NCBI GenBank assembly: GCA_035547675.1
Contig: DASZUI010000117.1
Location: forward strand, 14,390 to 38,389
Length of the DNA stretch: 24,000 bases
Origin: Devosia sp.
GTDB taxonomy: Bacteria > Pseudomonadota > Alphaproteobacteria > Rhizobiales > Devosiaceae
Direction: 5' to 3'
Positions 16,260 to 23,795 of this stretch are shown here, piece by piece. The number at the start of each line of letters is the position of its first letter. Position 1 is the first letter of the stretch. Below the pieces are notes generated by a model that saw only the letters and a list, made by a program, of their open reading frames with translations, was not told the origin of the DNA and did not search any database. The position numbers were made by a program, and so were the translations under genes.

Positions 16260-16427
16260 TCAACGATTGCCCAGGAACCGCAGATAAAAAGCGATGAAGA
16301 CCAGCACGATGCCGATATTGACGATGAGCCGTTCCCAGAACCTGTTCCTGAAGAACAGCAGGTCGACGCCGACGATGACCACGATCATGGCCGCGATGAA
16401 GAGCGCGATGGAGAGGTTTCGCGTCAT
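16260..16427 (-). CDS. Hypothetical 55-aa two-TM small membrane protein (below the ORF-track length cut-off)
   Basis: My translation is MTRNLSIALFIAAMIVVIVGVDLLFFRNRFWERLIVNIGIVLVFIAFYLRFLGNR, followed by a stop. It has two hydrophobic helices around a basic/aromatic loop. The codon usage looks GC3-rich, like the neighbouring genes. The RBS is only weak (GGCGG). Confidence 0.5.
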   Translation of the reverse strand: MTRNLSIALFIAAMIVVIVGVDLLFFRNRFWERLIVNIGIVLVFIAFYLRFLGNR

Positions 16428-16470
16428 GCCCGCCGCCGTTCTCGGTCGTAATCGATCGCCTGCCGAGGGG

Positions 16471-16899
16471 TCACGGCCGGATTACCCCCTTCTTCAGGAT
16501 GATGTTGCCATAAAGCCGCCGCTCGCCGGTCTGCACGATAGCGTAGCCCGAATTGGCGCGTTTGTAGAAAGCGAAGCGCTCGAGCGAGGTGAGGCCCATT
16601 TTCGGCTCATGCGTCCTCACGATGCGCTCGAACTCGTCCATGATCGGCTCGCGCTTGCCGGCATCGCCCACCACCTGCATGCAGATCGCCGGATCGTCGA
16701 CGAAATCGTCGAGCGGCATGAGGGTGAGGATGGCCTCCAGCACATCGGTCGCCGAATGGCCGTCCATGCGGACCAGCTCGGGCCCGGCGCTGGCGCCCGG
16801 ATAATTGCCGTCGACAATGGTGATCTCGTCGCCATGGCCCATGGCCTGCAGGTGATAGAGCAGGTCGGGCCCGACGATCGGCGGTATTCCCTTGAGCAT
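16471..16899 (-). CDS. fucU: L-fucose mutarotase (RbsD/FucU family)
   Basis: The sequence MLKGIPPIVGPDLLYHLQAMGHGDEITIVDGNYP....RFAFY..A....AIVQTGERRLYGNIILKKGV closely follows the FucU pattern (MLK.I.P....LL..L..MGHGDE...D..FP ... TGE...YGNI.LKKGV). The RBS is AGGAGGAA. Confidence 0.88.
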   Translation of the reverse strand: MLKGIPPIVGPDLLYHLQAMGHGDEITIVDGNYPGASAGPELVRMDGHSATDVLEAILTLMPLDDFVDDPAICMQVVGDAGKREPIMDEFERIVRTHEPKMGLTSLERFAFYKRANSGYAIVQTGERRLYGNIILKKGVIRP

Positions 16900-16928
16900 T
16901 GTTCCTCCTGAAAGGTGTCGGCCGAGGC

Positions 16929-17675
16929 TCAGCCGAACGGAAAATCGTGGCGCGGCGCCGGGCTGGCCGGCGCACCGAACAGTTCGGGCCGGTCGCGCGC
17001 GAAATCGAAGAGCTCCGCCATGACCGAATCGATATGCGCGCGCATGGCGGCCATGGCGGCCGGCGCATTGTCGGCGATGATGGCGTCGAGCACGGCCTGG
17101 TGCTCGTTGATCGAATAGGTCAGCCGGCGCGGTGAGTTGATGAGCCGGCGGGCGCGGTCGAGATTGGCGCGGGCGGAATCGATCGTTGCCTTGATCTTAT
17201 CGAAGCGCATGGGCGCGAAGAGCAGGTCGTGGAAGCCGAGGTCGAGCTGGTGGAAGCCTTCGCGGTCGCCGCGCTCGGCTGCCCGCCGCTGCGCCGCCAG
17301 ATTGTCCTCGAGGGCGGCGAGCATCGCCTCGGTATGATTGCCGATAAGCACCCGAACCGCCTCGCATTCGAGCGCCTTGCGGATCAGCATGTATTCCTCG
17401 ACATCGCCGATGCGCACATGGGAGACGACCGAGCCGCGCTGCGGCAGGATATCCACCAGGCCTTCGGCCTGCAGGCGCTGCAGCGCCTCGGAGACCGGAA
17501 ATCGGGAGACGCCCAGGCGGGCGCAAATGGCGCCCTTGTCGAGCACTTCGCCGGGCCTGAGTTCGAGCGTGACGATGGCGCGGCGCAGCTGCTCGGTCAC
17601 CGCAGAGGTGACGCTGCCGCGCGGCAACGCCGCCGAGGTCTCAAGAAAATGATAGGAACCTGTTTCCGTCGCCAT
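16929..17675 (-). CDS. GntR-family transcriptional regulator (FadR/FCD subfamily)
   Basis: The N-terminal wHTH is LRRAIVTLELRPGEVLDKGAICARLGVSRFPVSEALQRLQAEGLVDILPQRG. The C-terminal part is an all-helical FCD-like domain. Confidence 0.9.
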   Translation of the reverse strand: MATETGSYHFLETSAALPRGSVTSAVTEQLRRAIVTLELRPGEVLDKGAICARLGVSRFPVSEALQRLQAEGLVDILPQRGSVVSHVRIGDVEEYMLIRKALECEAVRVLIGNHTEAMLAALEDNLAAQRRAAERGDREGFHQLDLGFHDLLFAPMRFDKIKATIDSARANLDRARRLINSPRRLTYSINEHQAVLDAIIADNAPAAMAAMRAHIDSVMAELFDFARDRPELFGAPASPAPRHDFPFG

Positions 17676-17681
17676 GCTAAA

Positions 17682-17695
17682 ATGTTAGTTGGACA
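17682..17695. promoter_or_regulatory. Candidate operator or promoter element ATGTTAGTTGGACA, shared with 11232-11245
   Basis: It lies 7 nt upstream of the GntR ATG (minus strand) and about 95 nt upstream of the divergent dehydratase ATG. It is flanked by the short inverted repeat CCATG...CATGG. Confidence 0.3.
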
Positions 17696-17788
17696 TGGAT
17701 TGGCTGGCAACCGCCGGCCGCCGAAATTCGCCCAGCGGGTTAACGCGCCGGCCGCCGCCGATCCGCGGGCCAAACTGGAAAGCCCCCG

Positions 17789-19342
17789 ATGAACGAAGCC
17801 GCCCCTATTTCCGCCGCACCCCGCACACTGCTGCTCAATGCGCAGGACAATGTCGCCGTGGCGCTCAGCAATCTCGATGCGGGTACGGCGACGCCGCAGG
17901 GGGTGACCACGACCAAGCGCGTGCCCAAGGGCCACAAATTCGCCACCCGCACCATCGCCGCCGGCCAGCCGGTGATCAAGTTCGGACAGATCATCGGCTT
18001 CGCCAAATCCGCGATCCAGCCGGGCGACTGGGTGCATGAGCATAATTGCGGGATCGGCGAGGAACACGGCGCCTTCAAGCGCGACTACGCCTTCTCCGAA
18101 GGGATGGTGCCGACGCAATATGTGCCGGAGGCGGAACGGGCAACGTTCGAGGGCTATCGCCGCGCCAGTGGCAAGGTGGGGACGCGCAATTATGTCGGCA
18201 TCCTCACCTCGGTGAACTGCTCGACTACGGTCGCCGGCTTCATCGCCAAGGAAATCGAGCGGAGCGGCATCCTCGACGATTACCCCAACATCGATGGGAT
18301 CGTGGCGCTGAAGCAGGCCAATGGCTGCGTGATCGACTATCGCGGTGTGATTTTCGACACGCTCAAGCGCACCACCTGGGGCTATGCGACGAACCCGAAC
18401 ATGGGCGGCGTCATCATGGTCGGCCTCGGCTGCGAGGGCTTCCAGATTCCGCGCTTCAAGGAAGCCTATCACGTCGAGGAAAGCGACACTTTCCGCACCA
18501 TGACGATCCAGGAGACGGGCGGCACCAGGAAGACCGTCGAGGCCGGCGTTGAGGCGGTGAAGGCCATGCTGCCCATCGTCAACAATGTGCGGCGCGAGAC
18601 GGTGCCGGCGAGCGAGCTGATGCTGGCGCTGCAATGCGGCGGCTCGGACGGCTATTCGGGCATCACCGCCAATCCGGCGCTGGGGGTAGCCGCCGACATT
18701 CTGGTCAGGAATGGCGGCACGGCGATCCTCTCGGAGACGCCGGAAATCTATGGCGCCGAACATTTGCTGACCCGCCGCGCGATCAACCGCGAGGTGGGCG
18801 AGAAGCTCATCGACATCATCCATTGGTGGGAAGACTACGCGGCCCGCAACAATATGGAGATGAACAACAACCCCTCGCCGGGCAACAAGCTCGGCGGGCT
18901 CACCACCATTCTCGAGAAGTCGCTCGGCGCGGCGGCCAAGGGCGGCACGGAGCCGCTGACGGCGGTTTATAACTACGCCGACCAGGTGACGGAGAAGGGT
19001 TTCGTGTTCATGGACACGCCTGGCTACGACCCGGTCTCCGCGACGGGCCAGGTGGCGGGCGGCGCCAATGTCCTCTGCTTCACCACCGGCCGCGGCTCGG
19101 CCTATGGCTGCAAGCCGACCCCTTCGATCAAGATCGCGACCAATTCCGACATCTACGCCAAGATGATCGACGACATGGACATCAATGGCGGCGACGTGCT
19201 CGACGGCCATACGCTGGAGCAGAAGGGCCAGGAAATCTTCGACGAAATCCTCGCCGTCGCTTCCGGCAAGAAGACCAAGTCGGAACTCCTCGGCTATGGC
19301 GACAACGAGTTCGTCCCCTGGCAGATCGGGGCGACGTTCTGA
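17789..19342 (+). CDS. UxaA-family sugar-acid dehydratase (altronate/galactarate dehydratase fold: SAF N-domain plus C-terminal domain)
   Basis: 517-aa ORF. The N-terminus [13 protein letters not shown]......T..VP.GHKFA...[15 protein letters not shown] is SAF-like. It also has [21 protein letters not shown] and [19 protein letters not shown], as in UxaA/GarD. Confidence 0.92.
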   Translation: MNEAAPISAAPRTLLLNAQDNVAVALSNLDAGTATPQGVTTTKRVPKGHKFATRTIAAGQPVIKFGQIIGFAKSAIQPGDWVHEHNCGIGEEHGAFKRDYAFSEGMVPTQYVPEAERATFEGYRRASGKVGTRNYVGILTSVNCSTTVAGFIAKEIERSGILDDYPNIDGIVALKQANGCVIDYRGVIFDTLKRTTWGYATNPNMGGVIMVGLGCEGFQIPRFKEAYHVEESDTFRTMTIQETGGTRKTVEAGVEAVKAMLPIVNNVRRETVPASELMLALQCGGSDGYSGITANPALGVAADILVRNGGTAILSETPEIYGAEHLLTRRAINREVGEKLIDIIHWWEDYAARNNMEMNNNPSPGNKLGGLTTILEKSLGAAAKGGTEPLTAVYNYADQVTEKGFVFMDTPGYDPVSATGQVAGGANVLCFTTGRGSAYGCKPTPSIKIATNSDIYAKMIDDMDINGGDVLDGHTLEQKGQEIFDEILAVASGKKTKSELLGYGDNEFVPWQIGATF

Positions 19343-19617
19343 TGCGGGCTGTCCGCGTCACCGTACGCGGACGGGTGCAGGGCGTCGGCTATCGCGCCTG
19401 GGTCGAGGCTGAGGCCAGTTCGCGTGGGCTCACCGGCTGGGTGCGCAACCGGCGCGACGGCACGGTCGAGGCGGTGATCGGCGGAGATGATGTGAGCGTC
19501 GAGGCAATGCTGGCCGCGATGCGGGATGGGCCGGCGGCGGCAGAGGTGAGCGCGGTCGAGGTCGAGGCTTGGATGGCGGAGATCGCGGACGCGTTCGAGG
19601 TTTGGCCTACGGTTTAA
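19342..19617 (+). CDS. acyP: Acylphosphatase
   Basis: 91 aa. [16 protein letters not shown]......[17 protein letters not shown] is the acylphosphatase signature. The ATG overlaps the dehydratase TGA by 1 nt (TGATG). Confidence 0.88.
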   Translation: MRAVRVTVRGRVQGVGYRAWVEAEASSRGLTGWVRNRRDGTVEAVIGGDDVSVEAMLAAMRDGPAAAEVSAVEVEAWMAEIADAFEVWPTV

Positions 19618-19627
19618 TGGTCGCGAG

Positions 19628-19928
19628 TTACGTGAGGTGCGAGCCGACATCCATGCTTTGGTGTAGGACGCGAACGACCTCGAAAGCCGCCGTCGCATGC
19701 GGACGCAGAAACAGGACGTGCGAACCGACCGGATATTTTGAATAGGCGGGACCAGCCTCGTCGGCCGGGCGCGCTCGACTATGGCCATTGAGCAAATTTT
19801 CCAATGCCGAGTGGAGCTGGCGGGATGTAGTCATTGGCTTGCCGGCGGCCCCAATGCTCCGCGGTGTAGTCCCAGATCCGGTCCAAGTCGCGCTGGGCGG
19901 CAGGCGTTAGGACGTAGTGGCGTTTCAC
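19628..19928 (-). pseudogene. parE: parE-family toxin gene disrupted by a +1 frameshift
   Basis: The N-terminal frame runs from the GTG at 19928 to the TAG at 19779 and reads VKRHYVLTPAAQRDLDRIWDYTAEHWGRRQANDYI, then nonsense. The C-terminal part lies in another frame (ORF 19628..19834) and reads ..RQLHSALENLLNG...YPVGSHVLFLRP...FEVVRVLHQSMD. Joined at the G/C run near 19820-19826 (minus strand ATC-C-CGC) they give a normal ~99-aa ParE. The total span is 301 nt, which is 3n+1. Confidence 0.75.
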
Positions 19929-20161
19929 GAGGCGTTTTTGCGCGCGAGGAAGGCGTCGAAATCAAATTCCGTCGCAACGCCACTCTCTTCCCCTTCGATG
20001 AGCGCTGCGCGCAGCCGTTCGACCTTGCGCTCATGCTCTTCAAGCAGACGAAGACCTGCCCGGATTACTTCGCTCGTCGACTCGTAGCGTCCCCCCCTGA
20101 CCTGAGTCTTAATGAACTCGACGAAATGCTCGCCAAGGCTAATCGATGTGTTCTTGCTCAC
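19925..20161 (-). CDS. parD: ParD-family (ribbon-helix-helix) type II antitoxin
   Basis: 78 aa. MSKNTSISLGEHFVEFIKTQVRGGRYESTSEVIRAGLRLLEEHE... is the ParD-type pattern. The GTG start at 20161 is preceded by GGAGAA. The stop overlaps the parE GTG (GTGA). Confidence 0.85.
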   Translation of the reverse strand: MSKNTSISLGEHFVEFIKTQVRGGRYESTSEVIRAGLRLLEEHERKVERLRAALIEGEESGVATEFDFDAFLARKNAS

Positions 20162-20162
20162 G

Positions 20163-20606
20163 TCATTCTCCGCCAGACAGGGCCTGTACCATATTATGGT
20201 ATTGAGCGTGAGTATCTAAATCACCCGCCAGCCCATCGATGATCGGGCAATCCGGGCGGTCGTCGCCGTCGCAGGCATGGGCGAGGTTGGCGAGGGTGTC
20301 GCGCATTTCGGCGAGCAGGCGGATTTTCCGGTCGAGTTCGGCGATATGCGCTTCGGTCAATTGCTTCACCTCGGCGCTGGAGCGCCGGCGGTCGGCCCAG
20401 AGGCGCAGCAGGTCGCGGATTTGCTCGATCGAGAAGCCGAGGTCGCGCGCCCGGCGGACGAAGCCCAGCCGGTGCACATCGTGGTGGCCGTAGTCGCGGT
20501 AATTGCTGCCGCGCCGGCCGGGCGGCGGGACAAGGCCGATTTCCTCATAGTGCCGGATCATCTTGGCCGAAACGCCGCTCAGCCGCGCCACCTCGCCGAT
20601 CTGCAT
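20163..20606 (-). CDS. cueR: Cu(I)-responsive MerR-family transcriptional regulator
   Basis: It has the MerR HTH MQIGEVARLSGVSAKMIRHYEEIGL and the Cu(I) loop C112-DGDDRPD-C120-P, with the CueR-type Cys spacing. It is divergent from copA. Confidence 0.9.
   Translation of the reverse strand: MQIGEVARLSGVSAKMIRHYEEIGLVPPPGRRGSNYRDYGHHDVHRLGFVRRARDLGFSIEQIRDLLRLWADRRRSSAEVKQLTEAHIAELDRKIRLLAEMRDTLANLAHACDGDDRPDCPIIDGLAGDLDTHAQYHNMVQALSGGE
20187..20201. promoter_or_regulatory. Perfect 15-bp palindrome TACCATATTATGGTA, a candidate parD operator/promoter lying inside the cueR 3' coding region
   Basis: It has 7-bp arms around a central T and lies 26-40 nt upstream of the parD GTG. On the minus strand it contains CATAAT/TAATAT, which are -10-like hexamers. 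Confidence 0.4.
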
Positions 20607-20630
20607 GGGTTCACCTATATCGAATGGGCC

Positions 20631-20661
20631 TTGACCTTACCATGATGGGAAGGTTCACAAC
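20631..20661 (+). promoter_or_regulatory. MerR-type copA promoter with a CueR dyad in an extended spacer
   Basis: The -35 element is TTGACC (20631-20636). The dyad ACCTTACCAT-G-ATGGGAAGGT (20634-20654, 9/10 arm matches) fills a 19-nt spacer. The -10 candidate lies within GGTTCACAAC. The architecture parallels the E. coli PcopA CueR box (ACCTTCC...GGAAGGT). Confidence 0.6.
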
Positions 20662-20684
20662 AGGGGCAGCAAAGGATTTTGGCA

Positions 20685-23060
20685 ATGAACGAGCACCTGC
20701 CCGCCGGCCCTGCCCATGATCAACACGGGAGCACTCCGACCATCGATCCGGTCTGCGGCATGAGCGTCGATCCGGCGACGGCGCGCTGGAGCGCGCAGCA
20801 TGAGGGCACGACCTATTATTTCTGCTCGGAGGGCTGCCGGGACAAATTCGTGGCCGATCCGGCGCGCTATCTCGCGCCGGAACATTTCGCGCTGCCGATG
20901 CACGGGCATGGCCATCAGCACGAGCATGCCCCGGCGCCATCCCAGCCCATGCCGAAGGGCACGATCTATACCTGCCCCATGCACCCGGAAATCCGGCAGG
21001 AGGGGCCGGGCGACTGCCCGATCTGCGGCATGGCGCTGGAACCCGCCGGTGTGCCCGCCGAAACCGGACCGAGCCCGGAACTGGTGGATTTCACCCGCCG
21101 CTTCTGGATCAGCGCGGCGCTTTCCGTGCCGCTGCTGATCCTTTCCATGGGGCCGATGCTGGGCCTGCCGGTCGATCGCTGGATCGGGGCGCCATGGCTC
21201 GGGTGGATCGAATTCGTTCTGGCAACGCCGGTGGTGCTCTGGGCCGCCCTGCCCTTCTTCCGCCGTTTCCGCAATTCGCTGGTGAACCGCTCGCCGAACA
21301 TGTGGACGCTCATCGGGCTGGGCGTGGCGGCGGCCTATCTGTTCTCGGTGGCGGCGCTGGTTTTCCCGAACGCCTTTCCCATGACGGCCGGCATGGCCGG
21401 GCCGCCGGTCTATTTCGAATCCTCGGCGGTGATCGTGGCGCTGGTGTTCCTCGGGCAGGTGCTGGAATTGCGGGCGCGCGAGGAAACCGGGAGTTCGCTC
21501 CGCGCCCTGCTCGACCTCGCTCCCAAGACGGCGCGGCGGATTGTCGGCGAAGCCGAAACCGACGTCCCGCTCGAAGCGGTGGCCAAGGGCGACCTGCTGC
21601 GGGTGCGCCCGGGCGACGCGGTGCCGGTCGATGGCGTGGTGGTCGACGGCGAGAGCCATGCGGACGAATCCATGCTGACCGGCGAGCCGCTGCCGGTCGC
21701 CAAGCGGGGAGGTTCGTCGGTGACCGGCGGCACGCTCAATGTCGAGGGCAGCCTGGTCATGCGCGCCGAGCGGGTGGGGGCAGAAACTCGGCTGAGCCAG
21801 ATCGTCGCGCTGGTAAGCGAGGCGCAGCGCAGCCGCGCGCCGATGCAGGCGCTGGCCGACCGGGTGGCGAACTGGTTCGTGCTGCTGGTGGTCGCCGTGG
21901 CCGTCGTCGCGTTCGTCGCCTGGCTGGTGGCGACGCGCGATGTTTCGCAGGCCTTGGTCGCGGCGGTGTCGGTACTGATCATCGCCTGCCCCTGCGCGCT
22001 GGGGCTGGCGACGCCGATGTCGGTACTGGTGGCGACCGGACGCGGGGCGCAGGCCGGCGTGCTGGTGTCCAACGCCGAGGCGCTGGAGCGCTTCGCCGGC
22101 GCCGACACGCTCGTCATCGACAAGACCGGCACGCTAACCGAAGGCCATCCGGTGCTCGGCGACGTGATCCCCGTCAAGGGCGTGGACGAGGGCCGGGTGC
22201 TTTCGGTCGCGGCGGCGCTGGAGCGCGGCTCGGCGCATCCGATCGCCCGCGCCATCCTCAAAGGCGCCGAAGCACGCGGCGCGCGGCGGCTTGCCGTTGC
22301 CGGCTTCAAATCGGTGACCGGCATGGGGATCACGGGACTGATCGCCGCGCGGCCGGCGGCGCTCGGCAACAAGGCGCTGATGGAGCAGCAGGGCTTTGCG
22401 GTGCCGGAGGCGCTCGAAGCGCTCACCAGGGGCAGCGCACTGGCGGATGCCACGGTGAACTATGTGGCGGAGGCCGGGCAAGTCATCGGTGTCGTCGCGG
22501 TGCGCGATCCGGTCAAGACGGGCGCAAAGGCATCGGTCGATGCACTCCGTGCGGACGGGCTCGACCTCATTATGGCGACGGGGGACGCCGCCGGCCCGGC
22601 CAATGCGGTCGGGGCAACGCTGGGCCTCACTCGGATCGAGGCGGGTGCTACGCCCGAAGGCAAGCACGCGCTGGTCGAAAAGCTGCGCCGCGAGGGCCGG
22701 AAGGTCGCAATGGCGGGCGATGGGGTGAACGATGCGCCGGCGCTGGCGGCAGCCGATATCGGCATCGCCATGGGCACGGGCTCCGATGTCGCGATCCGGC
22801 AGGCCGGGCTGACGCTGCTGCAGGGCGATCTGTCGGCGATCGTGCGGGCGCGGCATCTCGCCAGGGCCATGGTGGGCAATATCAAGGGCAATCTCTGGCT
22901 CGCCTTCGTCTATAACGTCATCGGCATCCCCGTCGCGGCGGGCGTGCTTTATCCGCTCACCGGCTGGCTGCTGTCGCCGATGATCGCGGCTGCGGCCATG
23001 AGCCTTTCCTCCGTCAGCGTGATCGCCAATGCGCTGCGGCTCAGGTCGGTGAAGCTGTAG
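20685..23060 (+). CDS. copA: Copper-translocating P1B-type ATPase
   Basis: It has the CPC motif ([13 protein letters not shown]), DKTGTLT, MATGD and [10 protein letters not shown]. The N-terminus has a TRASH/YHS-like segment (DPVCGMSVD...[12 protein letters not shown]), a His-rich stretch and CPMHPE...CPICGM. The ATG at 20685 (RBS AAGGA) is preferred over the TTG at 20679. Confidence 0.93.
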   Translation: MNEHLPAGPAHDQHGSTPTIDPVCGMSVDPATARWSAQHEGTTYYFCSEGCRDKFVADPARYLAPEHFALPMHGHGHQHEHAPAPSQPMPKGTIYTCPMHPEIRQEGPGDCPICGMALEPAGVPAETGPSPELVDFTRRFWISAALSVPLLILSMGPMLGLPVDRWIGAPWLGWIEFVLATPVVLWAALPFFRRFRNSLVNRSPNMWTLIGLGVAAAYLFSVAALVFPNAFPMTAGMAGPPVYFESSAVIVALVFLGQVLELRAREETGSSLRALLDLAPKTARRIVGEAETDVPLEAVAKGDLLRVRPGDAVPVDGVVVDGESHADESMLTGEPLPVAKRGGSSVTGGTLNVEGSLVMRAERVGAETRLSQIVALVSEAQRSRAPMQALADRVANWFVLLVVAVAVVAFVAWLVATRDVSQALVAAVSVLIIACPCALGLATPMSVLVATGRGAQAGVLVSNAEALERFAGADTLVIDKTGTLTEGHPVLGDVIPVKGVDEGRVLSVAAALERGSAHPIARAILKGAEARGARRLAVAGFKSVTGMGITGLIAARPAALGNKALMEQQGFAVPEALEALTRGSALADATVNYVAEAGQVIGVVAVRDPVKTGAKASVDALRADGLDLIMATGDAAGPANAVGATLGLTRIEAGATPEGKHALVEKLRREGRKVAMAGDGVNDAPALAAADIGIAMGTGSDVAIRQAGLTLLQGDLSAIVRARHLARAMVGNIKGNLWLAFVYNVIGIPVAAGVLYPLTGWLLSPMIAAAAMSLSSVSVIANALRLRSVKL

Positions 23061-23146
23061 GTCGGCGACAAGCATGGCGTCGACAGGGCTTGCAGCGAGG
23101 CGGGTAAAATCCTAACCCTGCCGTGGCTTTCATTGGAGGGACCGCC

Positions 23147-23794
23147 ATGCCGCAGGATGCCGTCGCGCTTCGCTCGATCCTCACCCTTGCCCCGGTCATT
23201 CCGGTGATCATCCATGACGACGTGGCGACCGCCCGGCCGCTGGCCGAAGCGCTGGTGGCGGGCGGGCTGCCGGTCCTCGAAGTGACCATGCGGACGCCCA
23301 ATGCGCTCCGGGTCATCGAGGAGATGAGCAAGGTTTCGGGCGCCATTGTCGGGGCGGGCACGCTGCGCACCGGCGCGCAGGTGAAGGATGCCGTGGCGGC
23401 GGGCAGCCGCTTTCTCGTTTCGCCGGGCGCGGCGCCGCGGCTGCTCGATGCGGCCGACGACATTGCGGTGCCGCTGCTGCCCGGCATCGGCACGCCGACC
23501 GAGGCGATGACGGCGGCGGAGCGCGGCTACACCTTCCTCAAGTTCTTTCCGGCAGAGGCGCTGGGCGGCGCGCCCGTGCTCAAGGCCTTCGCGTCCCCGC
23601 TGCCTGACATCACTTTCTGCCCGACCGGCGGCATCGACATTGCCAAGGCGCGGACCTATCTGGCGCTGCCCAATGTGATCTGCGTAGGCGGCTCCTGGGT
23701 GCTGCCACAGGACGCCATCGCCGCGCGCGATTTCGGCAGGGTCGAGGCCCTGGCGCGGGAAGCCGCCGCGCTCAGGGAAACCGTCGGGGCCTGA
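23147..23794 (+). CDS. eda: KDPG / 4-hydroxy-2-oxoglutarate aldolase
   Basis: It has PVIPVI...D...A.PLAEALVAGGLPVLEVTMRTP.AL..IE, VGAGT, FLVSPG, PG..TPTE, LKFFPAE..GG and CPTGGI. The ATG at 23147 (RBS GGAGGG) is preferred over the GTG at 23123. Confidence 0.88.
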   Translation: MPQDAVALRSILTLAPVIPVIIHDDVATARPLAEALVAGGLPVLEVTMRTPNALRVIEEMSKVSGAIVGAGTLRTGAQVKDAVAAGSRFLVSPGAAPRLLDAADDIAVPLLPGIGTPTEAMTAAERGYTFLKFFPAEALGGAPVLKAFASPLPDITFCPTGGIDIAKARTYLALPNVICVGGSWVLPQDAIAARDFGRVEALAREAAALRETVGA

Positions 23795-23795
23795 G

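Noticed and set aside
17597-19210. A 537-aa minus-strand ORF opposite the UxaA-type dehydratase.
   Set aside because: This is a shadow ORF with Arg/Ala/Gly/His-rich low-information sequence. The plus-strand frame has clear SAF and UxaA motifs, an RBS and an ATG.
20655-22915. Long ORFs overlapping copA: 20655..21659 (-), 21194..22915 (+, 573 aa), 21410..22453 (-) and 22134..23075 (-).
   Set aside because: All are off-frame or antisense to a complete P1B-ATPase carrying CPC, DKTGT and GDGVND motifs. Their Arg/Gly/Ala/Pro-rich composition points to non-coding frames.
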